Below are positions 1 through 7,799 of a stretch of 64,000 bases of DNA, one piece after another. The DNA is from a virus (taxonomy: Duplodnaviria > Caudoviricetes): positions 1 to 64,000 of the IMG/VR virus record IMGVR_UViG_3300020049_014895; one strand, written 5' to 3'. Each line of letters begins with the position of its first letter. The stretch's first letter is position 1. Position numbers and translations under genes: made by a program. The notes under the pieces are model-generated. The model did not search any database. It saw only the letters and a list, made by a program, of their open reading frames with translations, and had not been told where the DNA came from.

Positions 1-85
1 CAATGTAGTTAATGAAGTAGTAGGACAACCTTTTGAAACGGTTACGGATTTAAATGAATTAGAAGATGATGGACTGCCTTTTTAG
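1..85 (+). CDS. C-terminal fragment of a single-stranded DNA-binding protein (partial)
   Basis: Frame from nt 2 reads ...NELEDDGLPF-stop; an acidic DDxLPF tail is typical of SSBs; precedes a replication module. Confidence 0.55.
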   Translation, partial: NVVNEVVGQPFETVTDLNELEDDGLPF

Positions 86-157
86 CATTTAAAAAAGCTA
101 GTAGGTCTAACAAGATAAGGGCTGGGGTGTCACCTGACCGCCTACTAGTTTTAAAAT

Positions 158-191
158 TTACCCGTAATTATTTTGCGGGTAACTTTTTTTT
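158..191 (+). terminator. Intrinsic terminator
   Basis: TTACCCGTAA (158-167) / TTGCGGGTAA (173-182) stem followed by a T run. Confidence 0.7.
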
Positions 192-202
192 ACTTAGATT
201 TG
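172..202 (+). promoter_or_regulatory. Bacteroidota-type sigma70 promoter
   Basis: TTTG (172-175), 19-nt spacer, TAGATTTG (195-202) matching the TTTG-N19-21-TAnnTTTG consensus. Confidence 0.7.
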
Positions 203-212
203 CATTTGTATT

Positions 213-296
213 GGAGTGGAAACCGATATAAAACATAAAAAATATTCAACCCTAAATCGGGAGGCGTTTTCCACACTAGCCAAACGATTTAGGGTT
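213..296 (+). ncRNA. Structured 5' leader (attenuator/antisense-target-like)
   Basis: Perfect 12-bp stem AACCCTAAATCG (248-259)/CGATTTAGGGTT (285-296); its loop holds TTTCCAC (268-274), complementary to GTGGAAA (216-222). Confidence 0.5.
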
Positions 297-316
297 TAAC
301 TTTATATACTATTTAT

Positions 317-595
317 ATGAAACCATTAGAAATTACCTTTATAGGTAAAGGAGAAGTTAAAGGGTTTATCTTTACCCAAATAAAAAAAAGTGAAAAAGCA
401 TATATATACAAAGTAGAAACAGAAGTTTCAAAACATTACGAGGTTTTTAAACACAAAGAAAACACTCAATTTAACTGCATAAGTTATCCAAGTTCAAAAG
501 GTTTTGGAGTATGGGCATGGGCTTTCTTAGACTTTCAAAAAGCATTAGATAGATTTGAATTACTTTCAATAGAAAGCGAGGTTAAAGATGTGTAA
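317..595 (+). CDS. Hypothetical phage protein
   Basis: 92-aa ORF after the leader, overlapping the next gene start. Confidence 0.65.
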   Translation: MKPLEITFIGKGEVKGFIFTQIKKSEKAYIYKVETEVSKHYEVFKHKENTQFNCISYPSSKGFGVWAWAFLDFQKALDRFELLSIESEVKDV

Positions 596-1409
596 AAGAA
601 AAGCATTTAATTTTTTCAAAAGTTATTATGATGTTGCTTTGGAGTTATCAGATAGTGACCGTTTAGCTTTTTATGATGCACTTATAAAACTTCAATTTAC
701 AGGAAAACATACTGAATTATCAGGAATGAGTAAATTTGCTTTTTTATCACAAAAACACTCAATAGACTCTCAACTTTATGGATATTACTCACAAAGCAAA
801 GACCCTGATTTTATTGGGTTTAAAGACGCTAAGAAAGGGGCTGTTGAGGGGGCTTCGGTAGGGGGTGATAAAGGGGCTTCGGTACAAGTACAAGTACAAG
901 AAGAAGTACAAGTACAATGCGTAGACCAAAACACGATTGTTTTTTCTTTTGACCATTTATCAATTACAAAAGGAGATTTTGACAAACTTAGTCAACTTTA
1001 TAAAGAAGAAGATATATTTGATTGCTTTGATAGTATTAAAAACTATAAAAACAACAAATCTTATAAATCTCTTTATTTAACCGCTAATAAATGGCTTAAA
1101 AAAGATTATAATAAAAAAGACACAGAAAGTCAATTACCTGAAGATAAAAGAATCGATTGGAAAATATTTTTAGATTACTTTAATGATTTGTTTAATCCTA
1201 AAATAAAATTATCAGAAGTTCCTGAACAAACAAAAAAACGTTATTTGAATTTGTTGCAATGTGGATTTTCAAAAGACCATTTATTAATTGCTTTTTATAA
1301 CGCTAAAAAAGACCGTGAAAATTTAACCGATGTTACTATTGATACTTTCAGTTATTCATCTATGGTTAATAAGTATCAACAAGACATAAGTAGAATTGGA
1401 ATGTTATGA
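588..1409 (+). CDS. Phage replication initiator / replisome organiser
   Basis: N-terminal FNFFKSYYD..LSDSDRLAFYDAL helix typical of phage initiators, low-complexity repeat linker, position upstream of a helicase. Confidence 0.65.
   Translation: MCKRKAFNFFKSYYDVALELSDSDRLAFYDALIKLQFTGKHTELSGMSKFAFLSQKHSIDSQLYGYYSQSKDPDFIGFKDAKKGAVEGASVGGDKGASVQVQVQEEVQVQCVDQNTIVFSFDHLSITKGDFDKLSQLYKEEDIFDCFDSIKNYKNNKSYKSLYLTANKWLKKDYNKKDTESQLPEDKRIDWKIFLDYFNDLFNPKIKLSEVPEQTKKRYLNLLQCGFSKDHLLIAFYNAKKDRENLTDVTIDTFSYSSMVNKYQQDISRIGML
834..917 (+). repeat. Iteron-like repeats inside the initiator gene (putative ori)
   Basis: GGGGCTTCGGTA at 849-860 and 873-884; GTACAA five times between 882 and 917. Confidence 0.55.
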
Positions 1410-1834
1410 GAGTAAAAGACGCACTTCAAAGATTAGGATTTACTATATCAAATCAGAATAAACCAAACGCAACAGATGCGGAGGCTTTTAATAAGTTACT
1501 TTGGTTCGTTAATGAATCGATAGAAACAAACCCTAATAAAAATATATGTTTTGCAAAGTTGTATATTTACAATCTAATTCACTACATCAAATATTATCAA
1601 TCTTTAGATGTTGCTCAACAAAAGTTACATCAAGTTTTAGACCTAAACATTGATAGTCTTTATGTAGATTTGATGAACGAGCTAAACAATACGGAATTGT
1701 CCGAACTTTGTAAAAAAGGTGTTTTAGATTTTCCTTTACTAAAGCAAGGGATTGAAACTTACGACATAGAAACAACAAGAGCAAATACAAACGCAATGAT
1801 AACATTAGCGTTAAAATCATTTAGCAAACCATGA
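1406..1834 (+). CDS. Hypothetical protein
   Basis: 142-aa ORF with ATGA overlaps on both sides. Confidence 0.7.
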   Translation: MRVKDALQRLGFTISNQNKPNATDAEAFNKLLWFVNESIETNPNKNICFAKLYIYNLIHYIKYYQSLDVAQQKLHQVLDLNIDSLYVDLMNELNNTELSELCKKGVLDFPLLKQGIETYDIETTRANTNAMITLALKSFSKP

Positions 1835-2697
1835 TAGCACCAATAGCAATAAAAACAGATTTAACTTCCTTAGATAAGGATTTTAATAAAATACACGATG
1901 AGCATTTTGTTTCAGTTGATGAGATTTTAAAACCTCAACCCGTTGCAATATCGATAGGACACACAAAATATAAAGAAACTAATTACCCTATTCCTATGGG
2001 TTCGTACGGTGACTTTTCGTGTATTGTAGGAGCATCAAAAGCAAAGAAATCATTTTTAAAATCGCTTTTAGTGGGTGGTTATATTGGTGGGAATACTGTA
2101 ATTAACGCACCCGAAATAAAAGGACATCGATTAACAGATAAGTACGTTATAGACATCGATACAGAGCAATCAGAATATCACTCACAAAGAGTTTTTAAAA
2201 GGGTTGTCGAATTAGTAGGGGTTAACCCTGATTTTTATAAACCGTTTTCTTTGCGTAAATTGTCAGCTAAAGAACGTTTTGAGTTTATCGATTGGTTATT
2301 TACAAAAAGTCAGTATGTAGGTAATATCGGTTTAGTTTCAATCGATGGGGTTGCGGATTTAGTAAACGATGTTAACGATTTAGAAGCGAGTAATAACGTT
2401 GCTCAAAAGTTGTTAGAGTGGAGTGCTAAAGAAAATTGTCACATTATAACCGTGTTGCACCGTAATTTTGGGACTAAGAAACCAACGGGGCATTTAGGTA
2501 GTGCAATATTAAAAAAGGCAGAAACAGTTATATTTGTTGAAAAGGAAAACGAACTTACTTTAGTCAATCCCGAATACACCCGTAACCAACCATTTGAGCC
2601 GTTTGCGTTTGCAGTCGACAGTAATTGGTTACCTTTTGTGGTAGATTATAAAGTTTCAGACAAACCAATTAACAACAAAGAAAAACCTAAATTTTAA
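1831..2697 (+). CDS. AAA-family (RepA/AAA_25-like) replicative helicase/ATPase
   Basis: Walker A-like GASKAKKS, IDTEQS, Walker B-like SIDG, and C-terminal VLH...GHLGS motifs. Confidence 0.75.
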   Translation: MIAPIAIKTDLTSLDKDFNKIHDEHFVSVDEILKPQPVAISIGHTKYKETNYPIPMGSYGDFSCIVGASKAKKSFLKSLLVGGYIGGNTVINAPEIKGHRLTDKYVIDIDTEQSEYHSQRVFKRVVELVGVNPDFYKPFSLRKLSAKERFEFIDWLFTKSQYVGNIGLVSIDGVADLVNDVNDLEASNNVAQKLLEWSAKENCHIITVLHRNFGTKKPTGHLGSAILKKAETVIFVEKENELTLVNPEYTRNQPFEPFAFAVDSNWLPFVVDYKVSDKPINNKEKPKF

Positions 2698-2830
2698 CGT
2701 TTTGCGGCTTTGCGATGGTGGGGTTTCAAGGCACAAATGTTCAACCCACAACTAATGTTTAATAGAAATACAAATGATGAATTTACAACTTCCGCCCCAC
2801 TATTGCAAAACCGATGTTATGCGTAGTGTT
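2695..2830 (-). other. attC-like cassette recombination site (hairpin)
   Basis: TAAC at 2695-2698 and GTTATGC at 2816-2822 enclose a stem: CGG/CCG and TTTGCGATGGTGGGG (2709-2723) / CCCCACTATTGCAAA (2795-2809), with unpaired bases near the base. Confidence 0.65.
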
Positions 2831-3547
2831 TTAGTCCACGCTGATTGCTTTGATGTGTTTCCTTACATTGCTGATAAAAGCGTAAATCTTATTTTATGCG
2901 ATTTGCCCTATGGCACAACTGCAAACAAATGGGATAGCTTACTTGACTTGAATAAACTATGGAAAGAATACGAAAGGATATTAGCACCAAAAGGAAATAT
3001 AGTTTTGTTTGGTGCAGGATTATTCGCTTTTAAACTTGCTTTGAGTAACGAAAAGTTGTTTAGATACGATATGGTTTGGAAGAAAAGTAAATGTGGTAGC
3101 CCTTTGACTGCTAAATATATGCCAATGAAAAAACACGAAATGGTATTAGTATTTGGCAAAAGTGCTTCATACTACAAGCCACAACTTACAGAAGGAACGC
3201 CTTATAAAAGAAAGTGGACACCAAACAAAGTAAATAATATGGAATACGGAATAGCTGGTGTAATAACCGATAATAAAGGAACAAGACACCCAACAACGAT
3301 TTTAGATTTTGCTCAACAATGGCGAAGGCAAGACCAACTACACCCAACGCAAAAACCTGTTGAATTAGCTAAATGGTTAATAGAAGCATTTTCAAAAGAA
3401 GATGATGTAGTAATGGATAATTGTATGGGTAGCAATACAACTGGATTAGCTTGTAAAGAGTTAAATCGTCAATACATAGGAATTGAAAAAGATAAAAATT
3501 ATTACGATGTTTCGGTTAGCAGGGTGCTGTCTTAACATTACGCATAA
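2698..3547 (-). mobile_element. Integron-like gene cassette carrying a DNA methyltransferase
   Basis: End sites GTTATGCGTAGTGTT (2816-2830) and AACATTACGCATAAC (3534-3548) are 14/15 reverse-complementary, as expected of a cassette that circularises into one hairpin. Confidence 0.6.
2819..3535 (+). CDS. N4-C/N6-A DNA methyltransferase, beta class
   Basis: DLPY (motif IV) near N-terminus, HPTQKP, DNCMGSNTTG (motif I) near C-terminus; the track start at 2774 reads through the hairpin, so ATG 2819 is preferred. Confidence 0.9.
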   Translation: MRSVLVHADCFDVFPYIADKSVNLILCDLPYGTTANKWDSLLDLNKLWKEYERILAPKGNIVLFGAGLFAFKLALSNEKLFRYDMVWKKSKCGSPLTAKYMPMKKHEMVLVFGKSASYYKPQLTEGTPYKRKWTPNKVNNMEYGIAGVITDNKGTRHPTTILDFAQQWRRQDQLHPTQKPVELAKWLIEAFSKEDDVVMDNCMGSNTTGLACKELNRQYIGIEKDKNYYDVSVSRVLS

Positions 3548-3599
3548 CTACTATATAGAACAATCGATTTAAAACATCAATAAAACAAGGAGGTTACAA
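3546..3599 (-). other. attI-like site upstream of the recombinase
   Basis: GTT core at 3548-3546 on the minus strand, with further AAC/GTT triplets at 3559, 3573 and 3584, ending just before the recombinase ATG. Confidence 0.4.
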
Positions 3600-4433
3600 A
3601 TGGATTTTACAAGATGGCACAGCAAGTATTGTACAGATTCTCGATTAAAATATCCGAGCAGTAGAACGCAAGAAAATTATCAATGCTCCGTTAGAACATT
3701 TTTAAAATACTTCGAAAAAGAGATTGATCCGCAACACATTTCAACTGACAAAATTAAACAATGGCTATTAACCTTCGCAACAATCAACACACGGAACCAC
3801 AAACTTTGTGCTATCAAATCATTCTATGAAATTACGGTTGGAATGCCTTTAAAATTAGATAAAATTCCTTTCAGTAAAAAGAATAAGCAATTACCAATAG
3901 TGCTATCAGTAGATGAAATACAACGAATGTTTAATGTATGTGAAAATAAAAAGCACAAAGTTATTTTAGCTTTACTATATTCGTGCTCTTTAAGAGTTTC
4001 TGAATTGATAAACTTAAAGTGGAAACATATTGATCGTAGTAGAATGATTATTAACATCATTCAGGCAAAGGGGAACAAGGATAGGCAAGTAGCCTTAAAC
4101 CAGCAATTGATTGATTTGCTTGCAGGCTATTATCGAGAATACAAGCCAACAGAATACATCTTAAACGGACAATTTGGATTGCAATACTCCGACACTTCTG
4201 TTAATCAGGTTATAAAACAACTCGGAGCAAAAGCCGGAATAGAAAACAAGCGTTTGTACACCCACTTAATGCGACACACATCTGCAACCCACATGGTAGA
4301 GGCAGGAACAGACATTAATTTAATTCAGAAGCTATTAGGCCACTCAAACGTAAAAACAACTGCAATTTACACTCATATTTCGCATAACCATATCAGCAAA
4401 ATTCAATCGCCATTAGCACAAATTAACTTATGA
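3600..4433 (+). CDS. Tyrosine recombinase (277 aa; IntI/Xer-like, no arm-binding domain)
   Basis: Intact R-K-H-R-H-Y set: LRVSE, KGNKDR, HLMRH, LLGH, IYTH; LPIVLS and C-terminal SPL motifs. Confidence 0.93.
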   Translation: MDFTRWHSKYCTDSRLKYPSSRTQENYQCSVRTFLKYFEKEIDPQHISTDKIKQWLLTFATINTRNHKLCAIKSFYEITVGMPLKLDKIPFSKKNKQLPIVLSVDEIQRMFNVCENKKHKVILALLYSCSLRVSELINLKWKHIDRSRMIINIIQAKGNKDRQVALNQQLIDLLAGYYREYKPTEYILNGQFGLQYSDTSVNQVIKQLGAKAGIENKRLYTHLMRHTSATHMVEAGTDINLIQKLLGHSNVKTTAIYTHISHNHISKIQSPLAQINL

Positions 4434-6313
4434 TAATTTCAGAGGAAACAATTACAGCCATTAAGAATAAAATGGAGATAGTCGATATCATTCAAGATTT
4501 CGTCACTCTATCCAAGAAAGGTGTTAACCTTATAGGATTGTGCCCGGTGCATAAAGAGAAGACTCCATCTTTTTACGTTTCTCCTTCTAAGCAGATATGT
4601 AAATGCTTTGGCTGCGGATTTGGCGGAGATGGACTCGAATTTTTAATGAAGGGACAAAGAATGTCATATCCTCAAGCACTTACTCATTTAGCCGGGAAGT
4701 ACAACATTCCTGTTGACGAGGAAACTAAAGTCTTTGTAAAACCTGAATGGAAAAACAAGACAATCCTCCCCGAGCCAATCGTAAAATGGTTTGAAGGCAG
4801 AGGAATACGTCAAAAAACGCTCTCTGACATGAAAATCTCCTTCGATAAGGTATACATGCCTGCAGTCGAAAAAGAGCTTCCAGCGATTCAATTTAACTAC
4901 TTCATGGACGGAGAATTGATTAACATCAAGAGCCGTTCGCAGAATAAAGATTTCGCCCTCGTTCCAAAAGCAAAGCTTATCCTCTACAACATCGATTCCA
5001 TTAAAGGGAAAAAAGAGGTTTTTATTTGCGAAGGTGAAATTGATTGCCTTTCCCTCATCGAAGCCGGATACGATAACGAAACATCTGGAGTAGTATCAGT
5101 GCCTAACGGAGCCGGTGTTAAAGGCAATAATCTTTCATACATCGACAACTGCATTCACCTCTTCGAAGGAGTAGAAAAGATTTACATCGGGACCGATAAC
5201 GACATCGCAGGAAGAAGACTCCGCGAAGAACTTGCCGAACGATTTGGTAAGGACCGGTGCACCTATCTCGAATGGAAGGATAAAAAAGATGGCAACGATG
5301 TCCTAAAAGCATACGGAATAGAAGGCATTCATGAGTGTTGCTCGAATCCGATTAATTTTCCCATCACTGGAACCTTCACCGTGTCCGATTTCTCCTACGA
5401 AATTGATGATATGTACGTTAATGGGTTGGATAAAGGAGTAAGCATAGGATTGAGAAATTTTTGGTTGAGATTTGTTCCCGGATACATCACTGTAATCACT
5501 GGGATTTCGAATGATGGGAAATCGGATTTTGTAGACGAAATGACCATGCGACTTGTTACAAAACACCAGTGGAAGGGTGCATACTATTCTCCGGAAAATA
5601 AACCAACTCAATTGCACATCGCTAAGCTTGCTCGGAAATTAACCGGTAAAAATTGGGACGGAGACAACAGAATGACTCGAGAAGAGGTGACGGAAGTAAA
5701 AAACTACCTTGAGAAAAAAGTTTTTTTCATTCAGCCGGAAAAAGATTTTTCCATACAAAGCATTCTTAACACAGTGATGGAATTAAAGAAGGAGTATGGA
5801 ATTAAATGGTTTGTCATTGATGCATGGAACAAACTTGAGCATAAAGGAGGTAGCGATTTAGCATACATCGGGAAAACATTAGATGAATTGGCTATATTTT
5901 GCACCGCAATTCAGGTGCATTGCTTTCTTGTTGCTCATCCACGTAAAATGGATAAGGATAAGAAAACAAAACTTCGCGAGGTTCCATCGCTTTATGACAT
6001 ATCAGGATCCGCAGATTTCTTTAATAAATGCGACAACGGAATAACCGTATACGTAGATTGGTCCACCAAGATTTCTCAAATTCATCGGCAAAAAGTGAAA
6101 TTTTCGCACTGGGGATTCAAAGGAATGAGCGAATATAAATACGATTTAGAATCTTCTCGGTATTATGTAGAAGCCTTTCCTGAGAAGACCAACTGGATAA
6201 CCGGGAAGCCAATTGAAATACCAAAAACAGAAGCAGCGGAACTTTTTGATGTATCCGATATTATCGTAGCAGATAATTCAGAAAGCAATTCAGAAGACGA
6301 CAGCCCTTTTTAA
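4430..6313 (+). CDS. DNA primase-helicase (CHC2 zinc finger + Toprim + SF4 helicase)
   Basis: CPVH...CFGC zinc finger, CEGEID and TDND Toprim motifs, TGISNDGKS Walker A, VIDAWN Walker B, acidic DDSPF tail. Confidence 0.9.
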   Translation: MIISEETITAIKNKMEIVDIIQDFVTLSKKGVNLIGLCPVHKEKTPSFYVSPSKQICKCFGCGFGGDGLEFLMKGQRMSYPQALTHLAGKYNIPVDEETKVFVKPEWKNKTILPEPIVKWFEGRGIRQKTLSDMKISFDKVYMPAVEKELPAIQFNYFMDGELINIKSRSQNKDFALVPKAKLILYNIDSIKGKKEVFICEGEIDCLSLIEAGYDNETSGVVSVPNGAGVKGNNLSYIDNCIHLFEGVEKIYIGTDNDIAGRRLREELAERFGKDRCTYLEWKDKKDGNDVLKAYGIEGIHECCSNPINFPITGTFTVSDFSYEIDDMYVNGLDKGVSIGLRNFWLRFVPGYITVITGISNDGKSDFVDEMTMRLVTKHQWKGAYYSPENKPTQLHIAKLARKLTGKNWDGDNRMTREEVTEVKNYLEKKVFFIQPEKDFSIQSILNTVMELKKEYGIKWFVIDAWNKLEHKGGSDLAYIGKTLDELAIFCTAIQVHCFLVAHPRKMDKDKKTKLREVPSLYDISGSADFFNKCDNGITVYVDWSTKISQIHRQKVKFSHWGFKGMSEYKYDLESSRYYVEAFPEKTNWITGKPIEIPKTEAAELFDVSDIIVADNSESNSEDDSPF

Positions 6314-6324
6314 ATAATTGTTTT

Positions 6325-6356
6325 TTTGTGCAATTCAAAATCTTTTCTTACCTTTA
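6325..6356 (+). promoter_or_regulatory. Bacteroidota-type promoter
   Basis: TTTG (6325-6328), 20-nt spacer, TACCTTTA (6349-6356). Confidence 0.55.
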
Positions 6357-6375
6357 CACCGAAATTAAAAATCAT

Positions 6376-6464
6376 TTGGTAGAATGATTAACGTAAATAG
6401 CCAATCGGAAGAAATGGCGAACCACGAAGAAAGCCCTACCAACTACCATTGGATAGGGCTTCTT
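6376..6464 (+). ncRNA. Structured 5' leader (attenuator/antisense-target-like)
   Basis: Stem AAGCCCTA (6431-6438)/TAGGGCTT (6454-6461); CTACCA in the loop and CTACCAA in the stem are complementary to TTGGTAG (6376-6382). Confidence 0.5.
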
Positions 6465-6481
6465 TGTTAAATTAAATAACT

Positions 6482-6823
6482 ATGAAAAGAGAAATTAAAT
6501 TTAGAGCATGGCACATTGGAGCAGAGCAGATGATTACATAGGAAAATTTAAAAGGGTTAAGATACTCAATAGAAAACAACAATGTTGTTGTACAGCAATA
6601 CATAGGGCTAAAAGACAAGAACGGTAAAGAGATTTATGAGGGAGATGTTATTGTTTGGGACGATGGAAGTAAATATAAAGTTGAATGGCACGAAGATATA
6701 GCCGTTTTCTTTTTAGCTTCTACCCATAACGGAACTGATGATTGCGGATTTGACCAAGTAACATCACCAGAATTTGAAATTATCGGCAACATCTACGAAC
6801 ACCCAAACTTACTAACCAACTAA
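6482..6823 (+). pseudogene. YopX-family protein with an in-frame TAG
   Basis: MKREIKFRAW...MIT*ENL...QYIGLKDKNGKEIYEGD...EIIGNIYEHPNLL; TAG at 6539-6541; missed by the ORF track. Confidence 0.85.
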
Positions 6824-6834
6824 CATAAACAGAA

Positions 6835-7095
6835 ATGGAAAACGGAAAAATACAATACAGCACTATTTTTAGATTAATACTAAGATTAATTTGCTCACCA
6901 TTAATGATAGGAATATTATTGATTACTTATAATTTATGGGCTATTAGAATATGTATAAAGTATGTGCAATATGGAGGCGAAATATCGGTATATAAAAAGA
7001 ATGACAATAAAACAATTCAGGATATTTATAGTTTACTAAAAAACAACCCCGAACTCCTCACCCAATTAGAAACATCAAAAATCGACAAGGTATGA
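6835..7095 (+). CDS. Hypothetical membrane protein
   Basis: Hydrophobic N-terminal segment. Confidence 0.6.
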   Translation: MENGKIQYSTIFRLILRLICSPLMIGILLITYNLWAIRICIKYVQYGGEISVYKKNDNKTIQDIYSLLKNNPELLTQLETSKIDKV

Positions 7096-7289
7096 AGACG
7101 ATAACATATACGTGTAATTTATGCATGGAAAAGAAAGAGCAAAAGGATTTAAAATGCTTTTATTTTAAGTGTGATATTATCCCGCAACAATATGTGATTT
7201 ATAACGATTTAACACGTTCGGATAAGCACGTTTGTACATCATGCATTAAAGTATTTGAAAAGCACTTATTAATCAATACTAACCCCTAA
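7092..7289 (+). CDS. Small zinc-finger protein
   Basis: CNLC and CTSC pairs; overlaps upstream stop. Confidence 0.6.
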   Translation: MKTITYTCNLCMEKKEQKDLKCFYFKCDIIPQQYVIYNDLTRSDKHVCTSCIKVFEKHLLINTNP

Positions 7290-7295
7290 CTAACT

Positions 7296-7778
7296 ATGGC
7301 ATTAACAGAAAAGAAATTAACGGCAGAAGAAATAAGAAATCTTATTCAATCTGAGTACGATAAAAACAAAGTCGATACAAATTATAATTTTATAAATCGC
7401 TTTGCTCGTGCTGTTTATGAAGGCTTATCTCTCTCTAAGGAAGGTAAAGAAGAAGCGGAGGTGGAACGAATTATTTGTGCATCAAACTATTATAACGATG
7501 GAGTATTGAGGGATTTTAGACCAAAAAATACTCAAGAAGGATTTGTTATTTGTGGGCATAGACACCACAATTGCATTAGTACGTTCGCTCAAATGTATGG
7601 ATTCCCATATTCAAAAGAAGCGATGGAGATTCATAAAACCGAGATACAAGGATTCTTAACAAATACCAATCGTTTTGTTGGTAGAAAAGAGGCACTTGAA
7701 ATTGCAAGAAAAGCAAAGCAACTAATAACTGGTGATGGGAATGATAATTTAGGGTTATTCTCGGAAGATTTGTATTAA
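7296..7778 (+). CDS. Conserved phage hypothetical protein
   Basis: C-terminal GHRHHNC...QGFLTNTNRFVGRKEA...LFSEDLY domain recognisable from phage accessory genes. Confidence 0.7.
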   Translation: MALTEKKLTAEEIRNLIQSEYDKNKVDTNYNFINRFARAVYEGLSLSKEGKEEAEVERIICASNYYNDGVLRDFRPKNTQEGFVICGHRHHNCISTFAQMYGFPYSKEAMEIHKTEIQGFLTNTNRFVGRKEALEIARKAKQLITGDGNDNLGLFSEDLY

Positions 7779-7799
7779 CTAAAACAGAAAAGTAAAACA

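Noticed and set aside
2774-2818. N-terminal extension MMNLQLPPHYCKTDV of the MTase
   Set aside because: It translates the hairpin arm; MTase-like sequence begins at ATG 2819.
2695-2830. CRISPR repeat or simple terminator
   Set aside because: Single copy, no spacer array, no U tract; complementary partner at 3534-3548 fits a cassette site better. No CRISPR array seen in the window.
3515-3536. GTTAGCA...TAAC as a second attC
   Set aside because: Too short, no internal stem, and it encodes a normal MTase C-terminal helix.
3588-3592. Shine-Dalgarno GGAGG before the recombinase as a sign of non-Bacteroidota origin
   Set aside because: A single 5-mer is weak evidence; promoters and A-rich leaders elsewhere are Bacteroidota-like.
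3600-4433. Prophage integrase with attP/attL
   Set aside because: No host genes, no att duplication visible, and no arm-binding domain; not excluded but unsupported.
6539-6541. Genome-wide TAG stop-codon reassignment as in some crAss-like phages
   Set aside because: Only one internal TAG found; genes such as 12660-12953 and 15443-15925 end in TAG and long late ORFs are uninterrupted in code 11.
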